Below, piece by piece: positions 1 to 9,589 of a stretch of DNA of 64,000 nucleotides (the stretch's first letter is position 1; every line of letters starts with the position of its first letter). This DNA is from an uncultured bacterium (lineage in GTDB: Bacteria; UBP4; UBA4092). Below the pieces are notes generated by a model. That model searched no databases. It was given only the letters and a program-made list of their open reading frames with translations, and had not been told where the DNA came from. The stretch spans positions 435,337 through 499,336 of the forward strand of contig CAVYHJ010000026.1 in NCBI GenBank assembly GCA_963768165.1, read 5' to 3'. The translations under genes were made by a program, and so were the position numbers.

Positions 1-563
1 TCTTCGTATTCCCTCAGGGTTTCAACCAGTTCCTTAGTCTCTAATACCCCATTCCGAATAAAATATCGGCTTTTATGAGTTCCAAACAATTTCATTACCA
101 AATCAATCATGTGCACAAGAGAGGAGTGAGAAGATTCTTCCGGAGGAGGCGTTAAACTAAATACGGGAATTAAGGATAAGTCAGGTAACAGGTGAGCTTT
201 TATGTTGGGTATAATAGATTCGTTATACAAAGTACAGGTATCTAAATAATGTTTTCCCGGCTTGTGTAAAGTTGTCCCGCTGCTATGAAATACTTTTTCA
301 GCCCGCTCAATAGGAAAACAAGCGAGGTCACATTCTTTAAAAGCGGATGTTGGTACTGCGGGGATATGTTTCCAAGAATGAATAGTATCGGGAGTTTTCC
401 CTTTATCAATACAATATTGCTTATAAGGGATATTATGCATAAATTGATATTCGAATAAATCCAACGCTAATTGGTTAAATACATGATTGTCTTTAGGAGC
501 GTTAATGCCTTCTTCGATTAAACTTATGATTTCATCATCTAAATCTTCAGCAGTTTTCATGGT
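1..563 (-). CDS. N-terminal part of a LuxE-like acyl-protein synthetase family protein; the gene continues past the window start. The ATG at 561-563 on the minus strand gives MKTAEDLDDEIISLIEEG...
   Basis: Manual reverse translation gives ...HIPAVPTSAFKECDLACFPIERAEKVFHSSGTTLHKPGKHYLD..., which resembles the LuxE IPVFPTSVFK / SSGTNG region. It is absent from the ORF track because it runs off the window edge. Confidence 0.4.
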
Positions 564-1922
564 TTAGTATTTCAATTTCTTAAAACAGTTTTCAAGAACA
601 GCTATAGAATAATCAATCTGTTCTTTTTTAACTGTTAAAGGCGGTGTGATACATAAGATATTACCACACTCTCCGGAAGTCAAAAGGATGATACCTTGTT
701 TTAAGGCTGATTTTATTATTTGAACCGCTGTTTTGCTATTGAGTTTCTTGGACTTCTTATCTTTCACTAATTCTATGCCAATCATCAATCCTTTTCCACG
801 AACATTACCGATTATATCAAATTGGTTTTGTAAAGAAAGTAATCTTTCCAAGAAATATTGACCCAATTGATAAGAACGTTCACAAAGTTTCTTTTTCTCA
901 ATTTCTTCAATAGCTGATAACGCCATCGCGCAACCCAACGGATTACCAAGAAATGTGCTGGTATGAATGGCTTCTCCTTTGGATTTCCTCCATTTTTGCA
1001 TGATAGACCTTTTTCCGATACAAGCAGAAATAGGAAAACCGTTTGCCATTCCTTTCCCAAGGCATAATAAATCAGGAACAATGTTTTCATATTCGGAGGC
1101 AAACATTTTCCCGGTTCTGCCAAATCCTGTGTAGACTTCATCAAGTATCAATATAAGATTCCATTCCCGACAAAAGGCTTCGAGTACAACAAGAAATCCA
1201 TCGGGCGGAATAATTACTCCTCCTCGTCCCTGAATCGGTTCTGCAATAACCGCTCCAATAGGATATTTACTTTTTAATTGTCGTCTTGTAGTATTTTCCA
1301 AATTATCCCAAAGCCGATTCAGTAATTCTTTATCGGATAATGAATCTTTGTAATGATTCGGGTAGGGGAGATGGACAGTATGTTTGGCTAATTGCTTTAA
1401 GAATGGCTCTTTAAAATCATGCCGCGCGGTTAAGCCCAATGTTCCATAAGTAAGACCATGATACGCTCCCTCAAAAGCAATCACTCCGGGTTTTCGGGTT
1501 ACCATCATAGCTGTCTTGAGAGCGGATTCTACAGCCTCTGAACCGGAACTTGAGAAGATTACTTGTTGTAAATTACCCGGAGTAATCTCTGCTAATTTCT
1601 TTGCTAATTTAACTTTTAAATCGGTCGGGTGAACATCCCCCATTCCGTGAGATAATTTTTGTAATTGTTTATTCGCTGCTTTGATTATGCGAGGATTGGA
1701 ATGACCGCAATTGGCGACTCCAAACGCTGCCGTCAGATCAATATAGGTATTCCCATCCACATCTTCGATATTACTTCCAGAACCTTTTTCCCAGAATATG
1801 GGGGAATCCTTATCGGAATAAGTAATTTGGGGACATTCGTATTTTTCCAATTCCCTCATCCAGCGTTTTGAATTGGGACCGGGAATCCTGGTTTTTCTCT
1901 GAGGACATGGATTGAAGGGCAT
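564..1922 (-). CDS. Class III PLP-dependent aminotransferase (GabT / acetylornithine aminotransferase-like)
   Basis: 452 aa. Motifs SGSEAVESALK, ILDEVYTGFGRTGKMFA (PLP lysine region) and GKGMANGFP are typical of aminotransferase class III. Confidence 0.85.
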   Translation of the reverse strand: MPFNPCPQRKTRIPGPNSKRWMRELEKYECPQITYSDKDSPIFWEKGSGSNIEDVDGNTYIDLTAAFGVANCGHSNPRIIKAANKQLQKLSHGMGDVHPTDLKVKLAKKLAEITPGNLQQVIFSSSGSEAVESALKTAMMVTRKPGVIAFEGAYHGLTYGTLGLTARHDFKEPFLKQLAKHTVHLPYPNHYKDSLSDKELLNRLWDNLENTTRRQLKSKYPIGAVIAEPIQGRGGVIIPPDGFLVVLEAFCREWNLILILDEVYTGFGRTGKMFASEYENIVPDLLCLGKGMANGFPISACIGKRSIMQKWRKSKGEAIHTSTFLGNPLGCAMALSAIEEIEKKKLCERSYQLGQYFLERLLSLQNQFDIIGNVRGKGLMIGIELVKDKKSKKLNSKTAVQIIKSALKQGIILLTSGECGNILCITPPLTVKKEQIDYSIAVLENCFKKLKY

Positions 1923-1928
1923 AATTAG

Positions 1929-2897
1929 TTAAAGTTCGGATGTAAATTGATGACCTATCTCTACTCGATAACCATTAGCAAAATCCAGTGCAGACATTGT
2001 TTTCTTTCCTTCCGGTTGGACAGATTTTAGAATCAATATGTCTTGTCCAGTAGAAACATAGATACCTGGCTTATTTCCTTTCTCAATAGAGATTATTGTT
2101 CCCGATGCTTTGTTGGTAGTAGAAAGATTTCCGACATTGGATTCGATGATTCTAATTCTACGACCTTTATAAAAGGTGAAAGCGCCGGGATCAGGATGAA
2201 GTCCACGAATTAGATTAGATATTTCTACGGCAGATTTTGACCAGTTAATTTTCCCATGTTCGGTAGTTACCTTGGGTGCATAGGTGGCTTGTGCATTATT
2301 TTGCGGGGTACGTGGTGCCGTTCCATTTTCAATGGCTTGAATAGTTTTGATTAATAAGGAGGCACCTAATTTAGATAACTTAGATTCCAGTGTTCCGCGG
2401 GTATCTGTAGAGTCAATGGGAATTTTGTCTTGAAAAATAATATCGCCCTCATCCATCTTTTCATTTAAGAACATGGTTGTGACTCCAGTGTCGGTCTCGC
2501 CATTAATGATTGCCCAGGCAGAAGGTGCGGCACCGCGATATTTTGGCAATAAGGATGAATGGACATTGATACATCCGTATTTAGGGATATTCAATAGGGC
2601 AGGGGGAAGAATTTGTCCGAAGGCGACCACTACAATAAGTTCCGGTTCCAATAAGGTTTTGATTTGCTCAATGAAATAGGGGTCTTGGCGAATAGAAACG
2701 GGTGTATAAACAGGATAGCCTATTGTTTCTGCTAATTGTTTAATAGGGCTGGGTGCGAGTTGTTTTCCCCGACCCTTTGGTTTATCCGGTTGAGTTACTA
2801 CTCCGACAATAGTATATTTTGCCTCCAAAAGTGCCTGCAAGGAAGGCACGGCAAAATCAGGAGTTCCCATGAAAAGAATACGCATAGAGGATTTCAA
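1929..2897 (-). CDS. fmt: Methionyl-tRNA formyltransferase
   Basis: MRILFMGTPDFAVPSLQAL..., an N-terminal formyltransferase domain (HSSLLPKYRGAAP) and a C-terminal Fmt domain. It is adjacent to def in the conserved def-fmt arrangement. Confidence 0.9.
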   Translation of the reverse strand: MKSSMRILFMGTPDFAVPSLQALLEAKYTIVGVVTQPDKPKGRGKQLAPSPIKQLAETIGYPVYTPVSIRQDPYFIEQIKTLLEPELIVVVAFGQILPPALLNIPKYGCINVHSSLLPKYRGAAPSAWAIINGETDTGVTTMFLNEKMDEGDIIFQDKIPIDSTDTRGTLESKLSKLGASLLIKTIQAIENGTAPRTPQNNAQATYAPKVTTEHGKINWSKSAVEISNLIRGLHPDPGAFTFYKGRRIRIIESNVGNLSTTNKASGTIISIEKGNKPGIYVSTGQDILILKSVQPEGKKTMSALDFANGYRVEIGHQFTSEL

Positions 2898-3439
2898 CGA
2901 ACCGAAACGGGTTTCTTTTTTAGTAAAGATTGAGTTTCTTTTTTCAATTTACGCAAACGTCCGGCGATGAGATTTTTCTCCAACCGGGACATTCGTTCAG
3001 TGTATAAGATACCATCCAAATGGTCCATTTCATGTTGGATAATACGAGCCAACATATCATTAGTTTCCAATATAAATTCCTTGCCGTTACGATCCAAGGC
3101 ACGGATTTTAACAGATTTAGGACGTTCTATATTCACTTCGATATCCGGAAAACTGAGGCATCCTTCTTTTAAAATCACGGTTTCGGGTGACTTGTGCAAA
3201 AATTCAGGATTAATGAGAATGAGCAATTCCTTTTTTAACTGGCCACGAGTAGGGTCTATTATCGTAATCCGTTTTGTCACGCCGACTTGTGGTGCCGCGA
3301 GTCCAACTCCGTCTTCGTAATAGGCTGTTTCAATCAAGCTATCTATTAAATTAGTAATCTCCGGCGTAATCTCACCCACAGGTTCACAAGGCGTTTCCAA
3401 TACCGGATCACCATAATATCGTAAGGGTAATAGACTCAT
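2894..3439 (-). CDS. def: Peptide deformylase
   Basis: GVGLAAPQVG, EGCLSFP and HEMDHLDG are the three deformylase motifs. Its stop overlaps the fmt start by 4 nt. Confidence 0.9.
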   Translation of the reverse strand: MSLLPLRYYGDPVLETPCEPVGEITPEITNLIDSLIETAYYEDGVGLAAPQVGVTKRITIIDPTRGQLKKELLILINPEFLHKSPETVILKEGCLSFPDIEVNIERPKSVKIRALDRNGKEFILETNDMLARIIQHEMDHLDGILYTERMSRLEKNLIAGRLRKLKKETQSLLKKKPVSVR

Positions 3440-3487
3440 AAGGATGATTTTAGTTTAGCAGATTTATAAATAATTAGTCAAAAAATA

Positions 3488-3516
3488 TTGACAATTATTG
3501 AATTATGTTTTATAAA
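3488..3516 (+). promoter_or_regulatory. Sigma-70-like promoter: TTGACA at 3488-3493, a 17-nt spacer, then TATAAA at 3511-3516
   Basis: Near-consensus -35 and -10 elements with ideal 17-nt spacing lie immediately upstream of the HNH gene. The predicted transcription start falls at about 3522-3524, at or next to the ATG codons at 3521 and 3527, so the mRNA may be leaderless. Confidence 0.45.
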
Positions 3517-3526
3517 ACATATGCTT

Positions 3527-4162
3527 ATGCAAGATGAATTATTCGATAAAAGTAAAGAGAAGATTAAAGTTATTAAAGGAGGTGCATTTTCTATTGAAAA
3601 GCAAATCAATTATCGCTATCCAGAGTTGGGTGTTAAAGGTTTTCTGCAAAAATATTATGTTGAAGAAAAATTATCCCCAGATGAGATTTGTAAAGTTGTT
3701 GGATTTGGTTCTCAAAAAGCATGGATAAATATGGCTCATAAATACGGCTTTGCTAGAACAAGAAGTGAAGCACAACGACTTAAATGGTCTACTGATAGAG
3801 GGAAACGTCATTTAGAGAAATTAAAACCACATTTAGAATTGGTAACAGGACATGGTATAAGGGAATCTTTATCACCAAGACTTAGATGGGAAATTCTTGA
3901 AAAGTATGAATTTACCTGCCAAAAATGTGGAAGAATGCCACCGGAAGTAGTAATAGAGGTTGAGCATATAAAGCCAGTTAGAGATAAAGGACTTACCGAT
4001 TCATCAAATTTAACTATTCTATGTGATGAATGTAATATTGGGAAATATCAGAGTGAAAAGCATAGAAAACTAGAAAGAGCAAAGAAGATAGAGAACGCAA
4101 GAGAAATTTATAAAAAAAGACTTTTGGAAACTTATAATTATAAAGTTGATGGGAAAGAATAG
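3527..4162 (+). CDS. HNH endonuclease domain protein with an unknown N-terminal domain plus a C-terminal HNH motif
   Basis: The C-terminal region CQKCGRMPPEVVIEVEHIKPVRDKGLTDSSNLTILCDECN fits the HNH (C-X2-C...H...N...C-X2-C) pattern. The ORF-track start at 3488 coincides with the -35 hexamer, so the real start is more likely the ATG at 3521 or 3527. Confidence 0.6.
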   Translation: MQDELFDKSKEKIKVIKGGAFSIEKQINYRYPELGVKGFLQKYYVEEKLSPDEICKVVGFGSQKAWINMAHKYGFARTRSEAQRLKWSTDRGKRHLEKLKPHLELVTGHGIRESLSPRLRWEILEKYEFTCQKCGRMPPEVVIEVEHIKPVRDKGLTDSSNLTILCDECNIGKYQSEKHRKLERAKKIENAREIYKKRLLETYNYKVDGKE

Positions 4163-4388
4163 ATAATCACTTTATTTCATTTTAAATCCGCTGTTTCATG
4201 CAAATTCTACCAACTTTAACGTAATTAAATGCCTTATTAATAACCTGTGCAAAATTTATATTATTGTATTTATTCATGTTATGATAATTCTAGGTTAGTT
4301 GCTATTATTTCGTTAAAGAGTTATTTAACGAAATAATTGGTGTGTATAAATTTGACTTTTTCATGTACCCTAAGTATACTTTATCATT

Positions 4389-5279
4389 ATGGCGCGTGGA
4401 TTATTGTCTTCCATAAATGAGTTCTTGTCCTATTTACAAGTCGAAAGGAACCTATCTCCACGATCTGTTGCGGGATATTCACATGATTTGATGAAAGTGA
4501 CATCATTTCTTTTAACTAAATATGGTAAAGAACCATTATTAAATGATATTACAACCGCAGATATAAGAGATTTTCTTGCTTATATGCAAATAAAACGAAA
4601 AGTTAGGAGTCACACACTATCTCGAAAAATATCCTGTCTACGCACATTTTTCGCATTTCTAATGATGCAAAAGTACCTTTCATCAAACCCAATGGATACT
4701 ATACAGACCCCAAAATTAGCTAAAAAATTGCCAATTTATCTTACAGAAACTGAACTACAGCGTTTACTTGGTATGCCAAATAGAGAGAAAACATCGGGAA
4801 AACGTGATTTTGCAATATTGATGCTATTTAGCTATACAGGAATGAGACTTAGTGAATTGACATCATTAAACTTGGATAGTATCAATGAAAGTAATAAATT
4901 CCTTCGAGTTATGGGAAAAGGCTCGAAAGAACGGATGATTCCACTAATTTTACCTGTTATTGAAGCATTGAACGAATATATTGACGTTCGATACATGACC
5001 GAAGATAAAGCTCTTTTTTTAAGTAATCGTAATACTAGAATCACAAATCGAATGGTAGAATTTATTGTTGATAAATATCGTGCAATGGCCGGTATCCCTC
5101 GTGAGAAATTCAGTCCACACAAGTTACGGCATACATTTGCGACTTTACTTCATAGCAAAGACGTGGATATATTGGATATACAGGCGTTGTTGGGGCATAG
5201 TTCCATAGCGACAACGCAGATTTATACCCATACCAACCCCAAGCGTCTTCAGAAAGCAGTTGAGAAGTTAATGGAGTGA
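4389..5279 (+). CDS. xerC: Tyrosine site-specific recombinase, XerC/XerD family
   Basis: N-terminal SAM-like domain (LSYLQVERNLSPRSVAGYSHDL) and a C-terminal catalytic region (HKLRHTFATLL...LLGHSSIATTQIYTH) with the R..HxxR..Y signature. Confidence 0.85.
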   Translation: MARGLLSSINEFLSYLQVERNLSPRSVAGYSHDLMKVTSFLLTKYGKEPLLNDITTADIRDFLAYMQIKRKVRSHTLSRKISCLRTFFAFLMMQKYLSSNPMDTIQTPKLAKKLPIYLTETELQRLLGMPNREKTSGKRDFAILMLFSYTGMRLSELTSLNLDSINESNKFLRVMGKGSKERMIPLILPVIEALNEYIDVRYMTEDKALFLSNRNTRITNRMVEFIVDKYRAMAGIPREKFSPHKLRHTFATLLHSKDVDILDIQALLGHSSIATTQIYTHTNPKRLQKAVEKLME

Positions 5280-5285
5280 AAATGT

Positions 5286-5327
5286 GGGGTTGCAATGAAC
5301 GAGATCGGTCTCGTTCATTGCAACCCC
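5286..5327. terminator. Perfect 19-bp inverted repeat (GGGGTTGCAATGAACGAGA-tcgg-TCTCGTTCATTGCAACCCC) between convergent genes, likely a bidirectional intrinsic terminator
   Basis: The palindrome is read directly from the sequence. It lies between the xerC stop at 5279 and the stop of the convergent yjbQ-like gene at 5373. Confidence 0.5.
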
Positions 5328-5372
5328 AGTATTCCTTCTCTTTAAAACCGGATTTTCATACAAATTTGTGGG

Positions 5373-5792
5373 CTATTGACCGATGAGTTGGACGGCAAGT
5401 TGGCGGGAACGAGGACGATTGTCGTAGTCTATAAAAACGACTTGTTGCCAGGTGCCGAGGATTAATTTAGCATTTTCAAAGGGAACATTGAGGGATGGAC
5501 CTGTGAGGGAGGCACGGAGATGGGAATGGCCGTTATCATCGTGCCAAGTTTGGTTATGGGCAGCGTTTTTATTGAAAGGGATGATTTTATCCAAAAGTTC
5601 TTTCATATCTTTGACCAGTCCCGGTTCATATTCAATAGTGGTGAGCGCGCCAGTTGACCCAATCACGAAGACCAGCATTTGCCCTTGGGACAATTTAGTT
5701 TTGCTGAGAACTTGTTGCAGGATATGGGTAATATCAATGATATCGGTATTTCCTTTAGTATGTATTTCTATTCGTTCGGTAATGATTTCCAT
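5373..5792 (-). CDS. yjbQ: YjbQ/UPF0047 family protein (secondary thiamine-phosphate synthase-like)
   Basis: 139 aa whose overall pattern (IIDITHIL...GALTTIEYEPGL..DMKELLDKIIP...HNQTWHDDNGHSHLRASLTGPSLNVP) matches the YjbQ family. Confidence 0.75.
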   Translation of the reverse strand: MEIITERIEIHTKGNTDIIDITHILQQVLSKTKLSQGQMLVFVIGSTGALTTIEYEPGLVKDMKELLDKIIPFNKNAAHNQTWHDDNGHSHLRASLTGPSLNVPFENAKLILGTWQQVVFIDYDNRPRSRQLAVQLIGQ

Positions 5793-5818
5793 AAGATAAA
5801 ACTCCCCTGCCCTATTAT

Positions 5819-7123
5819 TTATTGTGGTTCTAGAACAACGCCCGGAACAAAGGTATTATGAAGATACAACCGGTCAATCATAGCTGTCAAGACAGTGCTG
5901 AGTTTGAATATGTTGGTAAATTGGGCGTGGAGAATGAAACGTTGTTCCACCATTCTGATAGCTTCTTGAATATCTTCGATATTGACCTGCGTCCGGCCAT
6001 TCTGATGCGCCTGTAATTTTGCCGACCATTTCATGAATCCGTACAAGACCAAGAGGGTTTGGTACCCACGGAAAACCCCGTGCATAGGAGTCAAGGTTTT
6101 GCGGAATAAAACATGAATCCAGTATTCCCGAAGGAAATGGTCTATATCCTGGTTGTTGGTCATGAAACGTATTTTCTTGATTTGCTCAATATCAAAGGGC
6201 TCCTTTTGAGTAATGAAATCGGGTACGATTCCCCTACCCTTGCGGAACTTGAAATAATTGCCATAGAGATTAAAAAGCAGAGCGAAACGAGAAGATTGTT
6301 TTTTCGAGAGTTGCAACCAGGTATAAAATGGCGCAAGATACGTGAGGGTAGAGTTTTTCGGATAACCGATATTTTCCGCAATGGCAAAGACCCGGCGATA
6401 GTTATCTTGTTTTAATTTTTCCAATCCACCTTGCAAGGTTTCTTTGGGAGTTTCGTTGGATTTTTTAGCAGTTTCTTCCACTTGTTTCAAGGTGATACAG
6501 ACGCTATTGAAAATACTTCCTGCGATGAGTGCCAACGGGAAAGAAAATTGTTGCTGATTAAATATGGCAAGTAATCCTTCTTCCACCCACTTATATTCTT
6601 TCCAGGAAATATCGAGAAGAGAGAAAAGATTTATCGAGTCAGGGATTCGACGAACGCGATAACTGCCGGAGAGGACTTCGAGGATTTCCGGTTTCTGCTC
6701 AGACAATGATTTCCCTTTATGCGAACGAACAGCGGTACACGCAAAGGAAAGACCAACGTTGACTCCGTCGGGCGTTTCCACGAAATAATACGGGAATTCC
6801 TTACAGACCTGCGGTTTTTCACGATAGCCGAGATGGTTGTGAATTCCACATTTGGCGTCTTTGGTCAGGAAGACACATTCCCCGCAGGAGTTGCGTTCAA
6901 AGGTAATCATTTCTCCGCTGGGTAGAGGAGTATCGAGTTTTTTAAATTTCTCGCCTTGACCAAGAACGGGGTCATATTTTACCCAATCAATATCCTGCAA
7001 TTTGGCATAGGAAACGGTGTCCACACCGATTAACCAGTCATTACGACAACAGGCGCCGGAGTTTTGGCAGGTGTAGACGACATTATCGGCGAGTATAAGA
7101 TTTTTTTTGGTATCGTCCTGCAT
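5819..7123 (-). CDS. Hypothetical protein with an N-terminal YkgJ/UPF0153-type Cys cluster (CxxCxxCC), followed by about 300 aa of unknown function
   Basis: Motifs CQNSGACCRND and CGECVFLTKDAKCGIH. The C-terminal two thirds match nothing I recognise. Confidence 0.55.
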   Translation of the reverse strand: MQDDTKKNLILADNVVYTCQNSGACCRNDWLIGVDTVSYAKLQDIDWVKYDPVLGQGEKFKKLDTPLPSGEMITFERNSCGECVFLTKDAKCGIHNHLGYREKPQVCKEFPYYFVETPDGVNVGLSFACTAVRSHKGKSLSEQKPEILEVLSGSYRVRRIPDSINLFSLLDISWKEYKWVEEGLLAIFNQQQFSFPLALIAGSIFNSVCITLKQVEETAKKSNETPKETLQGGLEKLKQDNYRRVFAIAENIGYPKNSTLTYLAPFYTWLQLSKKQSSRFALLFNLYGNYFKFRKGRGIVPDFITQKEPFDIEQIKKIRFMTNNQDIDHFLREYWIHVLFRKTLTPMHGVFRGYQTLLVLYGFMKWSAKLQAHQNGRTQVNIEDIQEAIRMVEQRFILHAQFTNIFKLSTVLTAMIDRLYLHNTFVPGVVLEPQ

Positions 7124-7507
7124 GGTTTAACCCTAAAGGTTTTAGACAATCATACCTTGTTTCAATAAAATAGAGAATACCTTATTCCTATTCTTTTCAA
7201 TTCAATGTCGTAGATCCATTTGTCCTGGCTCTTCTAATCTATGATGGCCGTCTAGGGAAAAACCATTTCTATTTATTGTGGTCACAGATTTTCTAAAATG
7301 TCAAAAGAAATTATTAATCTACCTATGTATTAGAAAATCAAGTTGTCAAGATAAAAATGATTAAAAGTTGCAAATTTTAGTTTATCATTTGAGACTTTTA
7401 AAAAATCATTATTGATAACTTGGATAAGTTTGTATTTGACAGATAAAATGGTCTATGAGAAAATCACTTTCCAATGTATTATCCAAATTTTCAGGGGAGG
7501 TAAATCC

Positions 7508-9577
7508 ATGTCCAAGATATTGCATATCGTCTCGTATTTAAAGAAATCTCTGCTTTTTAGTTTATTAGGTATTGCCTGCCTTCTCTTATTCGATTCCACA
7601 TTTGCTGTAGGAGAAGTTCAAGAATCGCTTCACAAAGAAATAGATGCGGCGATCGCCAAGGTGAAACCCGCGCTGGTGCGGATTTTCGTGGTGTCCACGG
7701 ATTATAGCGAAGGGCGCGAAATTAAATTTGAAGAATCCGGCAGCGGCGTTATCATTTCCAAAGACGGTTATATTATCACCAATCATCATGTTGCTGGCCA
7801 CGCGACCCGCTTGGTTTGTACCCTCGCCAATAAAGAAGAAGTGGACGCAGAACTCATTGGAACCGATCCCCTGGCGGATATTTCCATTATCAAAATAAAA
7901 TCCAATGGGAAAAAAGAATACCCCTATGCGGTATTTGGAGATTCGTCAAAAGCAAAAGTTGGCGATGATGTTTTGGCGATGGGAAGCCCGTTGGCACTCT
8001 CTCAATCTGTCACTCTAGGAATTATCAGCAACACGGAAATGGTCATGCCCAAATTTCTCTGGCCTTTTGAACGGTTCAAATTGGACGGTGAAGATGTCGG
8101 TTCCATTGTCCGCTGGATTGGACATGATGCCGCTATCTATCCCGGAAATTCCGGCGGGCCGTTGGTTAATCTTAAGGGAGAAATTATCGGGATTAATGAG
8201 ATTGATTTAGGCTTGAGTGGTGCTATTCCCGGCAATCTTGCCAAAGAAGTTGCCGATGAATTGATTAAAAATAAAAAAGTTTCCCGCAGTTGGATTGGGA
8301 TTGAAATCCAACCCCAATTCAAATATGCCAATCCTAAAAATGGAATCCTGATTAGCGGAACTATCAGCAATTCTCCGGGCGCCAAAGCGGGGTTTCAATC
8401 AGGCGATGTGTTGATTAAATTGGATGGCAAGGAAGTCAACGCGCGATTTGATGAAGAAATTCCTTTGTTCAACCGCATGGTCGCGGATATTCCTATTGGG
8501 AAAACAATTGATGCCGTAGTCTTGCGTGACGGTAAAGAAGTCAATTTGAAAGTTACTACTATGGAACGGGCGGCAATACGTCCCAAAGAAGTTGAATTAA
8601 ACCAATGGGGAATTACCGTTCGCAATATTTCCCTCCTCGCTGCCAAGGAGATGAAACGTAAAGACCAAAATGGTGTATTGGTCACATCTATCCGTCCCGG
8701 AGGTCCTGCCGGAGAATCCAAACCCATTATTGACGAAAGAGACATTATCGTCAAAGTAAACGGAGAACCAATCAATAATGTGAAAGACCTGACGGCATTG
8801 ACGGAAAAAGTTACTCAAGGGAAGAGAGAACCGACTCCAGTCATAGTCGAATACGACCGGAAATCTGAAAAATATCTAACCGTTGTCAAAGTTGGAATTA
8901 AAGAACTTGAAGACCCCGGATTGGAAGTTAAAAAAGCCTGGCTGCCCGTCGCCATGCAAGTTATTACCCGCGATATGGCGGAACAATTGGGAATCCCTGA
9001 CCAGACTGGTGTCCGTGTGACTCAAGTTTATCCCAATAGCACGGCGGAAAAAGCGGGATTGAAAGTCGGCGACCTGATTGTCGGATTGGATGGAGAAAAG
9101 ATTGCCGCTTCCCAGCCGGAAGATTATGAAGTGTTGCCGACCATGATCCGGCAATATAAGGTTGGCGCGACGGCAGGGTTAACAATCCTGCGCGGAAAAG
9201 ATCAATTAAAAATTCCTGTGGAATTGGTGCGTGCCCCCAAACTCGAACGAGAAATGAAAAAATATAAGGATGAAAATTTTGAGTTTACCGTGCGCGACGT
9301 CGCGTTCCTTGATAAAGCCGAAGAAGAATGGAAAGAAGATCAGTCCGGAGTTATCGCCACGGAAGTCAAAGAAGGCGGATGGGCGGCATTGGGCCATCTC
9401 GCCGTAGACGATTTGATTTTGGAAGTTAACAATCAAAAAATTACGGATGTACTCTCGCTGGAAAAACAAATGAAACAAATTTCATCGGACAAACCAAAAT
9501 CGGTTATAATAAAAGCCTTACGGGGAATCCATACAGTCTTTATTGAATTGGAACCCACGTGGGACAAAACCAAATAA
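7508..9577 (+). CDS. htrA: HtrA/DegP-family serine endoprotease with an extended multi-PDZ C-terminal region
   Basis: Strong SD (AGGGGAGG) before the ATG at 7508 and an N-terminal signal/TM segment. Catalytic motifs TNHHVAG, DIS(I)IKI and GNSGGPLVN are present, followed by at least three PDZ-like segments (GAKAGFQSGDVLIKLDGKEV, GPAGESKP..DIIVKVNGEPI, AEKAGLKVGDLIVGLDGEKI, LAVDDLILEVNNQKI). The ORF-track start at 7412 looks like an upstream extension. Confidence 0.85.
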   Translation: MSKILHIVSYLKKSLLFSLLGIACLLLFDSTFAVGEVQESLHKEIDAAIAKVKPALVRIFVVSTDYSEGREIKFEESGSGVIISKDGYIITNHHVAGHATRLVCTLANKEEVDAELIGTDPLADISIIKIKSNGKKEYPYAVFGDSSKAKVGDDVLAMGSPLALSQSVTLGIISNTEMVMPKFLWPFERFKLDGEDVGSIVRWIGHDAAIYPGNSGGPLVNLKGEIIGINEIDLGLSGAIPGNLAKEVADELIKNKKVSRSWIGIEIQPQFKYANPKNGILISGTISNSPGAKAGFQSGDVLIKLDGKEVNARFDEEIPLFNRMVADIPIGKTIDAVVLRDGKEVNLKVTTMERAAIRPKEVELNQWGITVRNISLLAAKEMKRKDQNGVLVTSIRPGGPAGESKPIIDERDIIVKVNGEPINNVKDLTALTEKVTQGKREPTPVIVEYDRKSEKYLTVVKVGIKELEDPGLEVKKAWLPVAMQVITRDMAEQLGIPDQTGVRVTQVYPNSTAEKAGLKVGDLIVGLDGEKIAASQPEDYEVLPTMIRQYKVGATAGLTILRGKDQLKIPVELVRAPKLEREMKKYKDENFEFTVRDVAFLDKAEEEWKEDQSGVIATEVKEGGWAALGHLAVDDLILEVNNQKITDVLSLEKQMKQISSDKPKSVIIKALRGIHTVFIELEPTWDKTK

Positions 9578-9589
9578 AGGAGGAGTACC

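Noticed and set aside
5286-5327. The possibility that the 19-bp perfect palindrome after xerC is a dif-like recombination site
   Set aside because: dif sites are about 28-bp imperfect palindromes with a 6-8 bp asymmetric spacer. This is a perfect hairpin with a 4-nt loop between convergent genes, which is better explained as a terminator.
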